DNA of 64,000 nucleotides. It comes from Sminthopsis crassicaudata (Eukaryota). The DNA is taken from the NCBI RefSeq assembly GCF_048593235.1, contig NC_133618.1:567070889-567134888 (forward strand). The letters are read 5' to 3'. A program made the translations under genes and the position numbers. Below the pieces are notes generated by a model that searched no databases, was not told where the DNA came from, and saw only the letters and a list, made by a program, of their open reading frames with translations. Each line of letters starts with the position of its first letter. Within the stretch, counting starts at the first letter, position 1. Shown piece after piece: positions 12,834 through 27,300 of the stretch.

Positions 12834-12970
12834 GGGGCAGCTAGGTGTCGCAGTGGATAGAGCACCAGCCCTTGAATTCAGGAGGACCCAAGTTCAAATC
12901 TGGTCTCAGACACTTAACACTTCCTAGCTGTGTGACCCTGTTAACCCCAGCCTCAAAAAAAAAAAAAAAA
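12834..12970 (+). mobile_element. Young marsupial CORE-SINE (WSINE1-like)
   Basis: A/B boxes, CORE start, poly-A and TSD AGAGAACA. Confidence 0.88.
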
Positions 12971-14129
12971 AGAGAACATTTGTTCTGAGATGTTGCAGAA
13001 GGAAGAGCTGGTTATAAGGCAATTGTAACAATCGTAATTGCCACAAGGAGGCAAATTTCAGCTGGAAAAAATTATGGAAGAACTTTTCAAAGATGAGTTG
13101 TCCAACAATAGAATAAACTCCTTGGTGAAGGAGTGAACTTTTGTTCCCTAAGAGCTTTCAAACAGAAGGTCAGAGATGCTGAAGAGAGGGTTACAACATG
13201 GATAGGAAGTTACACAAGGATGACCTCTGAGGTACCTTCACACTCTAGATTGTCTGTCTGCAACCCTCATCCATTTCCCTCTGAACTCCTGCAGTACTTG
13301 CAGTCAATATCAACCTTGCAGTTAGTACTTGCAGTCAATATCAACCTTGCAGTTATATACTGCCTTGTATTGTTTGCTATTGTTTCATATGTAGTTAGTT
13401 TCTCCAGCTAGGTTGTAAACTTCTCAAACTGAGGGAGCATATTGTAGACTTCTGCATCTTGCAAAGTGTTGAGTGCTGAGAGAGCCCAGTAAATACCTGA
13501 CCTTATTGGTTACTTCAGCACTTGACAGGAGACTGGTGGATCGGAATACGGATGGACAGGATTTTGTGATGTGCTTCCTAACTGCTCCCCACCAAAAAAG
13601 GCTTGGTCCTTAGAGTTCTTGGTCCCCTGAACTAGGAGATTTGGGGGATGGGAAGAATTAAAGCTCTTATTGAAGAGGATGGGACCAGAAAGAGGGCTGG
13701 GAACTTGTCCCCTTTTAAACCCCTGTCTTTTTGCAAAACCTGACCTAAGCTCCCTTCTTGTCTCCTTACTTGAAAGATAAAAGAAAGTGTCTGGGCCTGA
13801 CAGGGGGGAGAGAGACAGAGACGGGAGGGAGAGGCAGAGAAACAGAATGGAGCTTGGGGAACAGGGAATAGATCTGGATACTGAGTGGCTTAGCTTTGGT
13901 TTGAGCCCCATCCCTGCCCATGAATATTTCAATGTCCATTAGATCCTTCCCTCCTGTTATTAAGGCTCTCCGCCTCAAACCTCTCTGTTAGGGAATGAGA
14001 TCTTCCTTCCCCAGAGGGAAAACGTTTTTCCTGGTTGGGGGAGGAGAGGATTAGGTTATTCCACCCTGACTGTCGGGAAGGTTAGCTGCCTTCTGTCTCC
14101 TACCCCAGCCTGGGGCGGGGGGAGGAGGG

Positions 14130-15330
14130 GAAAAGAGGGAATGGCGGCCCCTGGCATTAGTGTGCAGTCTCACCCCTCCCCATCCTTATCAATGAAGAGA
14201 GTGAGTGTGAGTGTGAGAGTGTGTGTGTGTGTGTGTGCACACGCAGAGTCCTTGCTCACCACCTGTCCCCTCTTCCCCCCTTGCAGGTCTGGAGGTGGGG
14301 CAGGGCTTGGAGCTCGAGGGGGCCGGGCTCGGCTGGTGCCGGGGGGCGGGAGCAGCGGCCGGAGAGCGAGTTTTGCAGCCGGAGCTGGAGCCCGCAGCCG
14401 CTCTCTTCCCTCGCTCCTGCTCTCGCTCCCTCCGCGCCGCCGCCTCCTCCTCCTCCTTCCCCTGCGGCTGCCGCCGGGATGGGCTTCGGGAGCCGGCTGG
14501 CCCCGCTGGGCGCCCTGTTCCTGCTGCTGCGGCCGAAGTCGCTGTCCGAAGCGATCGTGCCTCGGGTCAGCCTGCCTTTCGGTGAGTGGGGCCGCTGGCG
14601 GCGCGCACCCCGGAGGTGCAACCTGCAGTAGCAGGGAGAAGGGGGAGCTGGCTGGGGTCCTGGAGGGGGAGGGGAAGAGAGGAGAAAGAAAGAAAGAAAG
14701 GGGAGGGGGATCCGGTGACAAAGAGGGAAGGAGAAAGAACGGGAGGGGGATGCTCTCCCCGGCTTGTGAATGCGGGGGGACTTGGAGGCCCGGGAGCTTT
14801 GCCTTCCACCCCCGGGTCAGAGCATGGCAGGGCTGGCCGACCCTCAGCCCCCACCGAGCTCTTTCATGTTTGGTGTCTTCCTTTTCTCTCGCACGTCCGT
14901 GAAACTCTTCCAGCCCCTCGGCGGCCCTCTTCCCCGCCCCCACCTCCCTGGCCTCTCGCATTGGGTCTCTTTGAGAGGGACTCTCAGCCACGGTAGTCTG
15001 CCTCCTCATCTCCCCCTGCCCCCGCTCCCTTTGATGCTGACCAGAGCCCTTGCCCTGCAGCCCTGCCCTGAGCCGGGCCCCAGGGGGGTGGGGAGAGAGG
15101 GGCCCAGCCAGTCAGAGTCACATAAACACTGGGGCTCTGGTATTCCAGGCAAGTTGTAGCACAGCCCGAGGAGCCGCCGCTCCGCGCCCCTCCCCGCCCC
15201 TTCCAGCGGAGTGCTGGGCATGGTCCCCGCTCAGTCCTGCCCTGGTTGGCACGCCATTGTCCTCCTCCGGCCCTCTCCCCTCCAAACCCTCCTGCTGCCC
15301 CTCCGCGCTCTCCAGGACCACTTTACTGCA
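14130..15330. promoter_or_regulatory. CpG island, proximal SEMA4B promoter and first coding exon
   Basis: CpG-rich region spanning the ATG at 14479, with a (GT)n/(GA)n tract at about 14196-14240. Confidence 0.85.
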
Positions 15331-18300
15331 TTCGGCATCTGTGAAATAGCCTCTCTCTGCATCTCCCTCTCATTGGACTGATTCTCCAAGAAGGGACTGG
15401 GGAGAGTGGGGGGGGGGGTTGCAGGAACCAGGGGGAGAATGAAGACCCCTGGGGAGGGGGAGGGCCTGGGCTCTAGCGGCTGGATTTGGACCAGGAAAGA
15501 GTCCCTGGGAGTCCCGCCTCCCTCTCCCAGATCCCCCCAAACCACATACTGCAGGTTGGCGGTCTCAGATGCAAGTCCAGTCTAACAGCGGTCCTACCAG
15601 GGTGATCTAACGGTACTCTGTGACCTCCGCCACGGCTCTTTTCCCTTTCTCTCATGGCTTCCCTCTCCACCCCGCCATGGCTTCAGATTCCCCCCTCTTC
15701 CTTTCTCATCCATGAAGCGGAGGTGCAAATCATTCCTTCCATACCTAGTGTTGAGGGTTGTTCTGAGGGTCGGGGTAGATACTGTAAGTAAAAGCACTTT
15801 GGAACCGATAAAGGTTCCTACAGAAAAAGAAGGTATGATTTTTGTTGTTATTGTAAGAAGAGGTATAACCCACATGCATTTCCACACCCACTTTTCCACA
15901 CAGGTTGTGGGCGGTTTCCTAACCACATAACAACTCTAGGGCTATACTATCATTCGGTGAGAACACACTTGTGTCTTTTAACATATTGTGTTAGTTCCTA
16001 GCACCTCAGGCTGCTTTGTAAATGTGAGCTACAAGGAGAGATTTGAGAGAAACCTGGACCCCATTTGTAGATCTGTCACAACTGACCATGTGAACCTCCA
16101 TTTTCATCTTCAATAAAAAGTATTTAGTATTCCCACCTAATCCCAGCTCTGTACAATATCATGCTAGGTCCTCTCTGTTTTTATTTCCATAGAATAATTG
16201 AGATTCTCTACAGAGAAAACTTAATTTGCTGTTTCCTACTCCTCTCTGGGTTAGGAAGAAGGGTGGGAGAGTTGGGACTATGAGAAAATGAAATGCTGTC
16301 TGTAAACTTCTGTGAGACTCCCTGATGAAAGGAATTGTGGAATATAGAACGTGTCATTATTATATAGATGGCTGCTTCATAACCAAGCCCACCTCCACAG
16401 ACTGCTTGTAAGCACATGTTTACACACAACAGAACACACCTCCACAAAGTGGCTCATAAAGACATTTATGGCCAATCGTCTGGCTCTTCCCAGGCCTTTC
16501 CCATATGTACATGGGCACTGGTACATATAGTTACTTTTTTGGGTGAATATGCATGTGTGTGTTAAAAAAACCAGCACCACTTCATACTTGTAATCACATT
16601 TATATGGCAATTTAGGGCTTATAAAGTACTTTTCTCACAACACCCTTAAGAGGTAAGTTGTGCAAGTAAGCTTTATTTTACAAATGAGGGAACCAAGACA
16701 GACACCTTAGAAGATTATAGATTTAGAGCTGGCAGGGACTCAAGAGTTCACCTAGTCCAGGCGCATCATTTTATAGATAAAGGGCATACAATGGAGGTCC
16801 AGAGTTTAATTGATTTGCTCAGAAGTAGTAGAATCAGTTTTGGATTCAGTTCTTCATCTCCAGCTACCTCTCTTTCAGATTCCCAAACTAGTAAATGTGA
16901 GAGCTGGGATCAGCACCAGGACTCCTGATTTCTAAGTCCAGCAGCATGGGGTTTGTGGACTTCCCTAGAAGTCTGAACTTCTCAGAAAAATATTTTTAAA
17001 TTATTATTGGAAAAACTAAATTGCAGTTAGATTTTAGTGAAAACAAAGTTGTATTCCCACCCCCACCCCCAAGTTCACTGCCCCTGAGTCCTTCAGGTCA
17101 AGAATCCTTACATTACCCCCTGTACCCTCCCCATGCACCTGTAAGGGTTCAGGTTGCCCCTTCATCCTTGTTGGCACAGCTGCTTTGCCACTGCTGACTA
17201 ATTCTGTCTAGTCACTTTGCTTTTCATATATTCAGCCTCTAATAGAAGGGGGAGGTCTCCCTGGGAGGCTGCCCAGGCGACAGAATAGTCTCACCCCTGG
17301 AGTGTTGCCTCAGGCTGTTTCCTGCTTTTTCCCTTGGGGACTTGTTAGATATTCCTGGCAGAGGATCTGCCCTTGGGGCCCATGGCCACACTGTACTGCT
17401 TGGCACAATGACATGGTTAACCTCCCTCATGGAACAGGGCAGAGATATGGAGAGATGGAGTGGGCTCAAATACTACTTTCAGGCTTCCCTGCCCTCTCCA
17501 TACTTACCTCCCTGAAATGACCTCTGAGTTCCCGAGGCATCCAAGTGATTGTAAATGTGGCCTTCATTCATGGTCTCAAACCAAAACACCAGGCAGTGAA
17601 CAGAGGGATTGCAGCCCTCCTTAATGATGGCCTATCTAATCACACATCTGCCTGGGACCCCTCGTGTTTGGGGACACAGGCTCAGCACTGGGAACAGAGC
17701 TAGCAGTGCATGTGTTCCCCTTCTAGCCTAGCTCCTTTTTCTCGCCCGTGGTACCGGTGGTTGGGGAAGGAAGACCGCAGCTTGACTTTAAATCAAGCCT
17801 GGGAGGGGCCATCCCACAGTGGGGGCTGCAGGCCGAGGCGGCCAACTCAGGGCCTCTCTGCTTGCGAAAAGATTTGCCTTAGTGAATGGAAATGTTTCCA
17901 GGATTTCTTTGGAATTTTGAGTTCTGTTTTATTAGAAACAGAATTTTCCTTGCATTTGTAACCTCTAGCTTCAGGAACTAAACTGCTCTCCAGAGCTTAA
18001 AGACCAGGAGTGGTGCTGACTAAAAATGGTGACACAGACCAGTTGGACCTCAGGATCCTGTTAGAGCAAGTCTCTACAATGCTTCTTCAGCTTTCACATG
18101 TTTTATTAGGGCTACTTGTTTACATAATTAAAGTGAGTTATTAATCTCCAGCTGCCCCAAGAATTACCAGAATGGAAAAGCACTGAACTCAGTAATTTTG
18201 AAAGTGACATTTACCAGCTGTGTGACACTGGCCAAAATAATTACCTTCTCTGGGCCTCAGTTCTTCTGGACTAAGGGGGATCTAAGGTCCTTCTAGCCCT

Positions 18301-21300
18301 AGATTATAATTGGGAAAACAGGGAGCATAGAAAGCTGTATTCACAGCACATGGAGGAGGAGGAATCTGCCACGGTGCCCTCTGTGTCCTGGGATGGAACT
18401 TTCTGTCTGTGTCACTGCGTGGTGGGACTGAAAAGATCAGGGTGTGGATGTTGGTCCTTCCCATGCTGGCTTCAGAGTTCCCTTCTGACTAGTGGAACTT
18501 ATTATTACAAGGCTTGTCCATATGGCTGCCCGATGCCTTTGTTCCAAAGGAGTCTTTCCTTTCCTCTTCTGAGTGGGTGGTATCTTCATGGCACCCTGAT
18601 AGCCCATTTTCTTCAGGTGGCTCTAAGCTACCTTACCTTTCTGTAATGAAATATTCTACCTTTTCTTTTTTTTTTTAATTTAACATTTTCTTAAATATTT
18701 TTATAGTATTTTAGTATGCATGCAAAGATAGTTTTCAACATTCACCTTTTGTTTCTAATTTTTTTCCTCTCCACCCACCTCCCCAACCAATCTGACATAG
18801 GTTAAACATGTGCAGTTCTTCTAAACATTATTTCCCTATTTGTCATGTTTGTTGTGCTTTATTTTTTATAGAAATTGTTCATATAGTATGTCTAGACCAA
18901 AAGAAAATTCTTAGAAGGGCCTTATTTGCCCTGTTCTCATTAGCCTTGACTGGTGATGCTCTAAAATTCAGAGAAAGTAAACAGAAGTTAAGATCCAGCT
19001 CTAGAAGTCTCTCACTTTCACTGGCTTCTGGGCCCCACCTCACCTTCCATTCCTTACCTCTCTTGTTACTGCTAGTTCCCAGCTTGTCCATCTGGTTACT
19101 TATATTCTGCCAGATGTTGAAATGCCAGGGAGTCCTGTGCTAAGTTGGCAAAATGTGACCTTTGGGTGCACACCCTGGGCACACCTGCAGCCAGTGGCAG
19201 ACTGCCTGACTGAGGTGTCTGCGGCTCAAGTGGAAAGCTGGACTCAAGGAATAACTTCAGCCTTTGTGTCCAGTGTCACCTGGGCTGAAGCCTGAGCAGT
19301 TAGGTAGTGCACATTTTACTAGCCCGTAATGCTGAACGAGTCACTTAACTTCTGTCTGCCCCAGTTTTCTCAGTAATCTGCAAAATAGGAATAATAGCAC
19401 TTACCTCCTAAGGTTGTTGTAAAGATCAAATGAGATATTATACACCAGGGGCTTTGGAAACCTCAAAGCACTTTTAAATGGTGGCTATTGCTGTTAAGCC
19501 ATGTCTGCATTAGAGCAGAGTCCAAACTGTTAGTGTAAATGAATCATCATTTCAGTAGGAGTCAAGGAAGGACTTACGGTCACTCCATCCCAACTAAAGG
19601 CTGGTAGGAACCTTTCTATGAGTGAGCCCCTCCCCAGGTCAGGACTAATGGACTTTACTGATAATGTACTTTAAAAGGTCTTGTTTTTTGGCTGAGTTTT
19701 TTTACTTCTCCCTTGGTAATACTGAATATACTGAAAAGTGTATTAGAAGATATTTCTCAATCTCTCCTTTTTTAAAAAATAGTTTTCTAAGGCCTATTGT
19801 GCCCAGATAGTTCTTACCAGTCATGGTCATCTTTATACATCTCTGTTCTCATTCCTGGTTCTTTTTTTCCCAAACTATATTTTGTTCCTCTGGGGAAGAA
19901 AGATAGAACTTGGAAAATCCTACTTTGATGGGGTGCTTGTAGGAGCTGGACACTTTTGGCCTGTGCTGTTCTCAGGGCTCCTTAGCTCTTCCTTTCCTAA
20001 TGCTTTGGTAGAGTCTAATTGATTTTCCTGAAATGTTATCTTCCTGTCTCTGGGTTTTTGTCCAGAAAAGACATTGTTGAAATTGCTCATATTTCCACAT
20101 TTCTTAGCTTTATATTTGATTCTCTCTTGGGCAGTCTTTGAATACTCCCATATGAATATCACTGGCCTATGGCAAAAACAGAACTTTTAAAGCATTCTAT
20201 GTGGTACACTTCACAAAAATCCTTTTTGCTTTGACATTCTTCTTTCAGGGTTCAACTACCTAACTACCTAGACAAAGTATTCTTTTTTTTTTTTTTTTTT
20301 AATTTTATAATTATACATTTTTTGACAGTATATATGCATGTATTATAACATTATCCCTTGTATTCATTTTTCCAGATTTTCCCCTCCTTCTACTCCCTTC
20401 CCTAGATGACAGGCAATCTCATACATTTTACATGTGTTACAGTATACCTAGATGTGTGTAAATCCCATTTTCTTGTTGCACATTAAGTATTGGATTAGGC
20501 AAAGTATTCTTAACCTTTTGGTATCATGGACCCCATTGGCAGTCTAGTGAAGCCAATGGATCTCTTCTCAGAATAATGTTTTAAGGTTCATAAAATGAAA
20601 TACATAGAGTTATAAAGGAAATACTGAGATATAACAGAATAACAATAGTAACATTTAATATTTGCAAAAGTGTTTTATTCTTGTACTCGGGTGAGGATAT
20701 CGCAGCCATCTGGGAGGTGCTGATTTTTGAAAAAGTTCACTGACCTTTGATTTCAGAACTCAGAGAATAAGAAAAAAATTAGGAAAGTGACCCTTTGGTC
20801 TACCTTCGAAGCATTCCTATAAAAATCCTAGCCCCAAGAGATTAGTGAATTGGGGAAGGCAAATAATATTTGTATTATTTGTGGGGAGAGAAGATAGTGA
20901 TAATAGCAGGAAAAAATTATGATAATCAAATAAATTATTATATGAAGCTTTCAGATTTTGTAAATTTTTCATTTCATCCTTGCAACCACTCTGTGAGATA
21001 ATGTCCATTTTATAGATGAGGAAACTGAGGCATACAGAAGTTAAAATGACTTGCCCAGGGTCACACAGGTAATAAGTATCCAAGGCCAGTTTTAAACTCA
21101 GATTTCCCTGTCTACAGGCCCAAAACTCAATCCAGTGTACCAATTATGTAATTTAAATACACCAAAAATCCTAAAACTTTATATTTGGCCATTTAATCCC
21201 TGTTTTCTTTGAACTCCCCCCCCTCATTGGACCTTTAACTCTTAAAAAAGAGGTCAGACTAACTCATTTCCCTTTTCCTATCTTTGCCCATTTTCTATGG

Positions 21301-24300
21301 ATAATGTTCAATGTTCAGAGACAGACAAAAGACTTCTACAGAAGGCAGAGGAGAGGAAGCAAGGAGTTTAGCTAATTTTACTCAAACTTTGTATAATTGA
21401 AAATTTGCCATTATTTGCATTTATTAAAGGTCAGCTTCGTGTTAATGTTAAATACTATATAGGATAGGGAACTAAAGATAGTTCCCACCCAAAGGTGCTT
21501 TCAGTCTAAAACCAGGTTGAAATGCAGTCTGAGTGACCACTCTTTGAACAGCGTAGGCCCGCCTAGCAGAGACGTGTAGGCCACTTGACAAATTCTGTAG
21601 TGTTGAATCAGTCCCACTCACTCAAAAAAAGGTTATTTCTGGTCAAGCACTTGGGAATGAAGCAGTAGGAAAGGAAAAATAGAGCAAAGAGTCATTTTCC
21701 TAGCTTTGCTTCTACTCTAGGTATTCTGAAATCAGAGGTCAGTGAATTTTTAAAAAAAATCAGCCCCTATTTCCCAGGGTGGATGCGAGCATAAAGTAGA
21801 ACACTTATCAGCCCTTAAAGTGCTATATAAATTCTAACAGTATTGTTATGCCTCCTAAAATTGGAAAAGACAATAGGGATCCTTTTGTCCAATCCCTTAC
21901 ATTGCCCAAGGTAATGTAAATGACAAAAGCTAGGGTTTGAATCCAGTTCCTCTGAATCTGAATCCAGCCTTCTCTCCTTCTTGTCTGAAGAGATGATGGA
22001 ATTAAGTCATGGTAGAAAACCTATTGTGTTTCATTTTGTCTTAGTTTGAATCTGGGCCGTCCCTTTAGCCCCTGAGGGCCCACCCTCAGCAGACGAGCTT
22101 TTGTGCAGGGAGGGACCCTGAGGAACTAGGAGCCTCAGACACACATTTTCCTGAGGACTGAGTCTGGCTCTGCACATCTAGGAAGTGAATTCTGACGACA
22201 GCTTCTGCTTGGAGCATGTGCCTTTGGCCCACTCTGGCTACCTCAGATCCCACCTTTCTGGCCTTATGGATACATCTGGTTTGAGGGATCCGTTCTCCTT
22301 TATTTTTCGCTTCCTTTTGGTTATGGTTCAGACCTTTTTAGAGCCAAAGGTCTCCCTGTAGGGAGCATGGCCTCTGGGGATTCCACTCTTGAGGGCTGAC
22401 CCTCACCCAGAGGGACGGCCTGATGTTTTGAGGTGAGGGTGTTGCTCTGCATTAGCCCAGAGAGAAGAGGTGGACTCCCGTTTAGCTTCCCCAGGCCCTT
22501 CCCTGCCCTGGCGGACGGGTGGTGCCGGCAAGAGGAAGTGCATCCGGAATTGCCCCAATTCACTGCTGAGTCAGCACTCACCACCCCATCCCAGGGAGAA
22601 GAGAAAGGTAGCCTGTAACTTGATATAAAATTGCTGGCGGGAAAGGGCTTGAGAGGGCTCACAGGATCACCTTTAGAGTCAGGTTGGGGCATCCCTCTGG
22701 AGGTAACATTCTAGAGTACCCTTCTCACCTGCCCCCTAAGCCCGAAGGGGTCATTCATTAACTGTTACAGACTTTCTAGTAACTGGTGAAGACTACGGAC
22801 CCCCACCTTCTCAAGAGTAATGTTTTAAAATGTGTAAAATAAAATGTCAGATGACAAAGGAAATTAACCATACTGAAATGTAATCATCTAAACACTGGAA
22901 CAAAAGCCAAGTTTAAGAACCTTTGCCCTGGGGTGTAGTTGATGGGAAGTTAGGGAAAGACCCCGCCATTCTTGGAGGTAGTTTTTTAATATTTAACCAG
23001 GTTTCTTGCTTAGTCAAAAGGGGTGTGTGGGGGGGGGAGGCTGGATTTTGGTCTTTCTGTTGAGAAGGGGGCAGTGGATCGAGACTAAGGAGGAAGGAGA
23101 AAGGGAGGGCAGGACTCTGAGTCACTGTTCTCCTGCTCAGGGTGGGGACAGTGTTGAGCTGTGTTCCCGTCTCACCTCAGAGAGCTCCACGTTTCCACCT
23201 GAGTCACTAGGATTGGGAGAGAATTTAGGTGAGGTTGGGAGCTGGACAAATAATGCATCATTTCCTGCTGACATAGGTGAGGAAAAGCAGGAGATCAGAA
23301 CACCCTCCTTCCTCCCTTTACGGCAGCTTCAGCCATCCTGAAAAATTCCAGCTCACTTGCTTCGAGGGCGGCAAGAAAGACCCCCTTTAACTTCTTCTTG
23401 TCCCAGGGAGTTCAATCCCAGGGAAACTCTACAACGGGGCTCTGGATGTTAGCCCAAGGGTCTGGGTCTCCCTGCTTGACTGTATTCTCAAGATAATGTG
23501 TTGTTTTACTCTGGACCTGGGCTCAGTTAATTGTTTGCAACAGTGGGGTAGCCTAGTAGATGGATGGAACATAGAACTTGGGAGTTAGGAAGATCACCTC
23601 AAACATTAATTGTCTGTTAATTATCTCTGGCCAAGTCACTTAACCTCTCCGAGCCTCAGTTTCCCCATCTATAAAATGGGCATAATAATATCTGTAGCAC
23701 TTCACAGGGTTTTTGGGAAGATAAAATGAGCTAATATAGGATATCTCAGAGTTTTGGCTCAATTGATTTTTAATTTTACTTATGGAACATCTAAATATAT
23801 GTGTGTATATATGTATGTATACATATATAAAGAGAGGGGATATCATATACACACATCACATACATTTGGGATATCATATGCCCATATTTTTGTAATTGTA
23901 CATAAATGTAGGTGTGAGTATGTGCAGGTGTACAGGTGATATTACCTGTATATTCGGGACATCATCTACACACAGCACACATATGTGTATTATGTAGGTG
24001 GGTGTGTGTGTATATATTTATATGCTTACAAACGGGTCCAGCTTCTCCCACTATGAAGTGCTTGCTTTCCTTGTAGTCAGTTATTATTTCAGTCAATCAT
24101 TTTAAAAAGCCTTTATTAAGTGCCTGCCATGTGGCTTGGCTGGGCTAGATGCTAGAGATACTGTCACAATGATTGTTTAGTGCTTTACAATTTACAAAGC
24201 CTCTTTATACCCATTATCTCATTTGATTTTCACCGCCACTCTGTGAGATAGGTAGTACGTATATTATTATCCCCATTTCACAGATGAGGGTAAGTGGCTA

Positions 24301-27300
24301 TTTAATCAAGCCACAGAGAAAGGAGCCTGGAGCTTCTGACTCCATTTCTTCCCCAGATTTGTTCTGTTTTGTTCCCAGAGGAGGAAGTGAAATCACCCAA
24401 GGAGGACGGGTGGGCGTGGACTTTTCTGGAGGGGAAACCTGGGATCTTTGGGCCTGAAGAGAACAAGACCCTCCCCTGCCCCCCAGCTGAGTGGGAAGAC
24501 TCAGCCTTGGGTGCGGGCGTTCTTTGGAGTTCTGGCGGGAGGCCGCCGTGCTGGGCTCTCGGGTCCCCATGTTTGCCAGTAGGCACAGGCACACGGTCCC
24601 CGAGGAAGCAGGGGTCCAGATACGCTCCACAAGCCTGGGTGATCCCTGCCGGGAGGTCCGGGCAGGGAAGGACACAAGGGCGTCCAGAAGCGGGGAAGGC
24701 TCATTGACCCACACAGGCTTTAACAAATGAGAACATATGCAAGCACAGGCGTGTGTGAGGTGTAGGCACACATGCATGCAAGAACAGGCCGAGAGAGACA
24801 CTTAGCCAGTCACAGACAGGAGCCCGGTCCCGGGGGAGCAAATGTATTCCGTGCCTGCTGCCTTTCACTGGCAAACACCTTCGTGTGGAAGTGAAGATTC
24901 AGGCTGAGGAAAAGTTGGATTTCTAGCCCCAGGACCCGCGTTTGAATCCTATTTTCATCACTTATTTGCCTGACCTTGGATGAACCATTTTATCTTCTAT
25001 GGCCCCTGATCTTCTACCAGCTCCAAATACATACGAGCTTTTAAGTTGCATACACACATGTAGGCCTGCATGTGTGGGATTACTACACACACCGTGCCTG
25101 AAGTTTGTGTTTCCATAATACAGCCTTTCTTTCCCGAGTTCGCATGTGTCCTCGCCTGGTGATGTAAGAGGCTTAGGTACATGAGTTTCAGTCTCCACGC
25201 CTAACTCCTTGGGCCCAGGTGATGTGATACTTGATTCTTGTCCTCAGAGGCCAAACAAAACAAGTGCAGTCCCTCTCCTGCATGGCGCTCCTTGAAATAC
25301 ATGAAAATAGTTGTCTCCGCCCCCCTGGGTCTTCTCTCTCTGCGTTAGATACGAGATGTTGGGACTAATGGGTTCCGGTCTGCTATTAACCAACTGTGTG
25401 ACTTTGGACAAGTAAATCAGCCTTTCTCAAATTGCATTCCTCACTTGTAAAACTGTTTGGGTGGTAATGGACCCAAAACCTCAGTGGTTGCAAATGTGCT
25501 CAAATCCTATGATTTTGGACCAAAATGATTTCTGAATTCTCTTCTATTTCTAAATGTCTTTGATTATATGATTGGTACATCTCAAATTGAGCCCTCCAAA
25601 CATGGAAGGGTAAAACTGATTCTCTGATGACCCTGGGTCCTCACTGTGGCAGCTAGAGTATATATGTACAGACAAATATGTGTATATACACATATGATTA
25701 GCATTGCCCTCTTGCTTCGGACAAATTACAGTTGATGTACTAGAGTAATTTCTCATGTATACATATACAGAGTGCATTCACACAATCGTGTGCGTGTATC
25801 CATATACACATGTGGTTCAGCATTGCCCTCTTCCTTTGGGCAAAGCACAATTGATGCACTACAATAATGTCATGTATATGCACACTCACGTATGGTGAAG
25901 GAAGGATGGACTGGCTAACTTAGGAGAGAAACTTGTCTCAATACAGGGAGTGAGAGCCCAGGAGCCGGTTCTCCCTCTGGCCCGCCAGCTGGCGGTAGTG
26001 ACACTGAGCTATTATTCTCCATGCTCCCCTCTCAGGTCCCAGTTTCTCCAGTGTGGCAATGGCTGCCCCACCCCACCCCCAGTTTCTCTTCTGTAACACT
26101 CAGACAGTTTAACCCCTACAGGCATAACTGAAGATTTCTGTGCTCAGTGGGAATTCTGAGAGCTTTGCTTTATCTACTTTTATAGAACCAGACCATGAGA
26201 AAATAACAACTCACGTTTATCTAGTAGTACTTTCAGGTTGCCAGTACTTGAGGAAAGTAGGGGATTTGATAAGTTTTTTTTTTTTTTCCTGAGGCTGGCG
26301 TTAAGTGACTTGTTCAGGGTCACACAGCTAGGAAGTGTTAAGTGTCTGAGATTAGATTTGAACTCGGGTCCTCCTGACTTCAGGGCTGGTGCTCTATCCA
26401 CTGCGCCACCTAGCTGCCCCTGGATTTGATAAGTGAACAGGCTTGCACAGCTAGTAGTTATTGAACTCTTGTGCAGTCAGTGTTTCCTTAGAGCCTACAA
26501 TGTACAGGACATTGTTAGGGGAGGAAGGAAAATAGAAAATGATAAAGTTATTTCTTTTAAAATAAAGATTGAGTCAGAGTTACAGAGGAAAGGGCATGGT
26601 TGTGGTGAGTGCCCTTCCATTGGTACACTTTGAGCTGTCGTTCATATCATCTTTATCTCTAACCAGCTTGGTTAAATGGAAAAGCTGAAGATGGAATGGG
26701 GCAGGAGCTCATTCCAAGAGCTGATAAGCCTGTGGTTCAAAGTCCAAACAGCTCATCAATAAAAAAGTAATTAGACATCAGATCATTGGAAAAATTTTTC
26801 AAAGGCAGAGGCTAGTCCAGGGAAGGGAGGGAATCAGTGCTGGAAAATTGCCTTTAACATCAAGAACTGTGAAATGACAACAAGAATATAGTGGCCCAAA
26901 AAGCCAGAAGGCCATCTCCCTGGATTCACTCCAGGTTCAATAGATGCAATAGAATCCCTTAAGCCCTCTCCACCCAAAGTTAGCATTAAGATCACGAGAT
27001 CAGAGATTTCAGAGGAGGAAAGGACCCTCAAGGCCTTCTAGTCTGTCCCACACCTGGTATTGGTTGTCTAGCCTTTGTTCAAAGCTCTCCAATAAAGGGC
27101 ATCCCACTACTTCCTTAGGCAGCTATTATGTTCTCTCTTGAGTTTTCTCCAAGTTAAAAATCCCCAAATAATCTTCAGAAGGCTTGGACCTGAGATCCTT
27201 CACCACCTGCTTGCCTTCCTGTGGATGCTGTCCAGATTTTAAAAGTTGGGGTCTCCTTGCTATTCTAAAAATAAGATGCCCCAGTTCCTGACTGAGGATT

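Noticed and set aside
14141-15009. 253-aa (+) and 279-aa (-) ORFs
   Set aside because: CpG-island artefacts overlapping the true SEMA4B exon 1.
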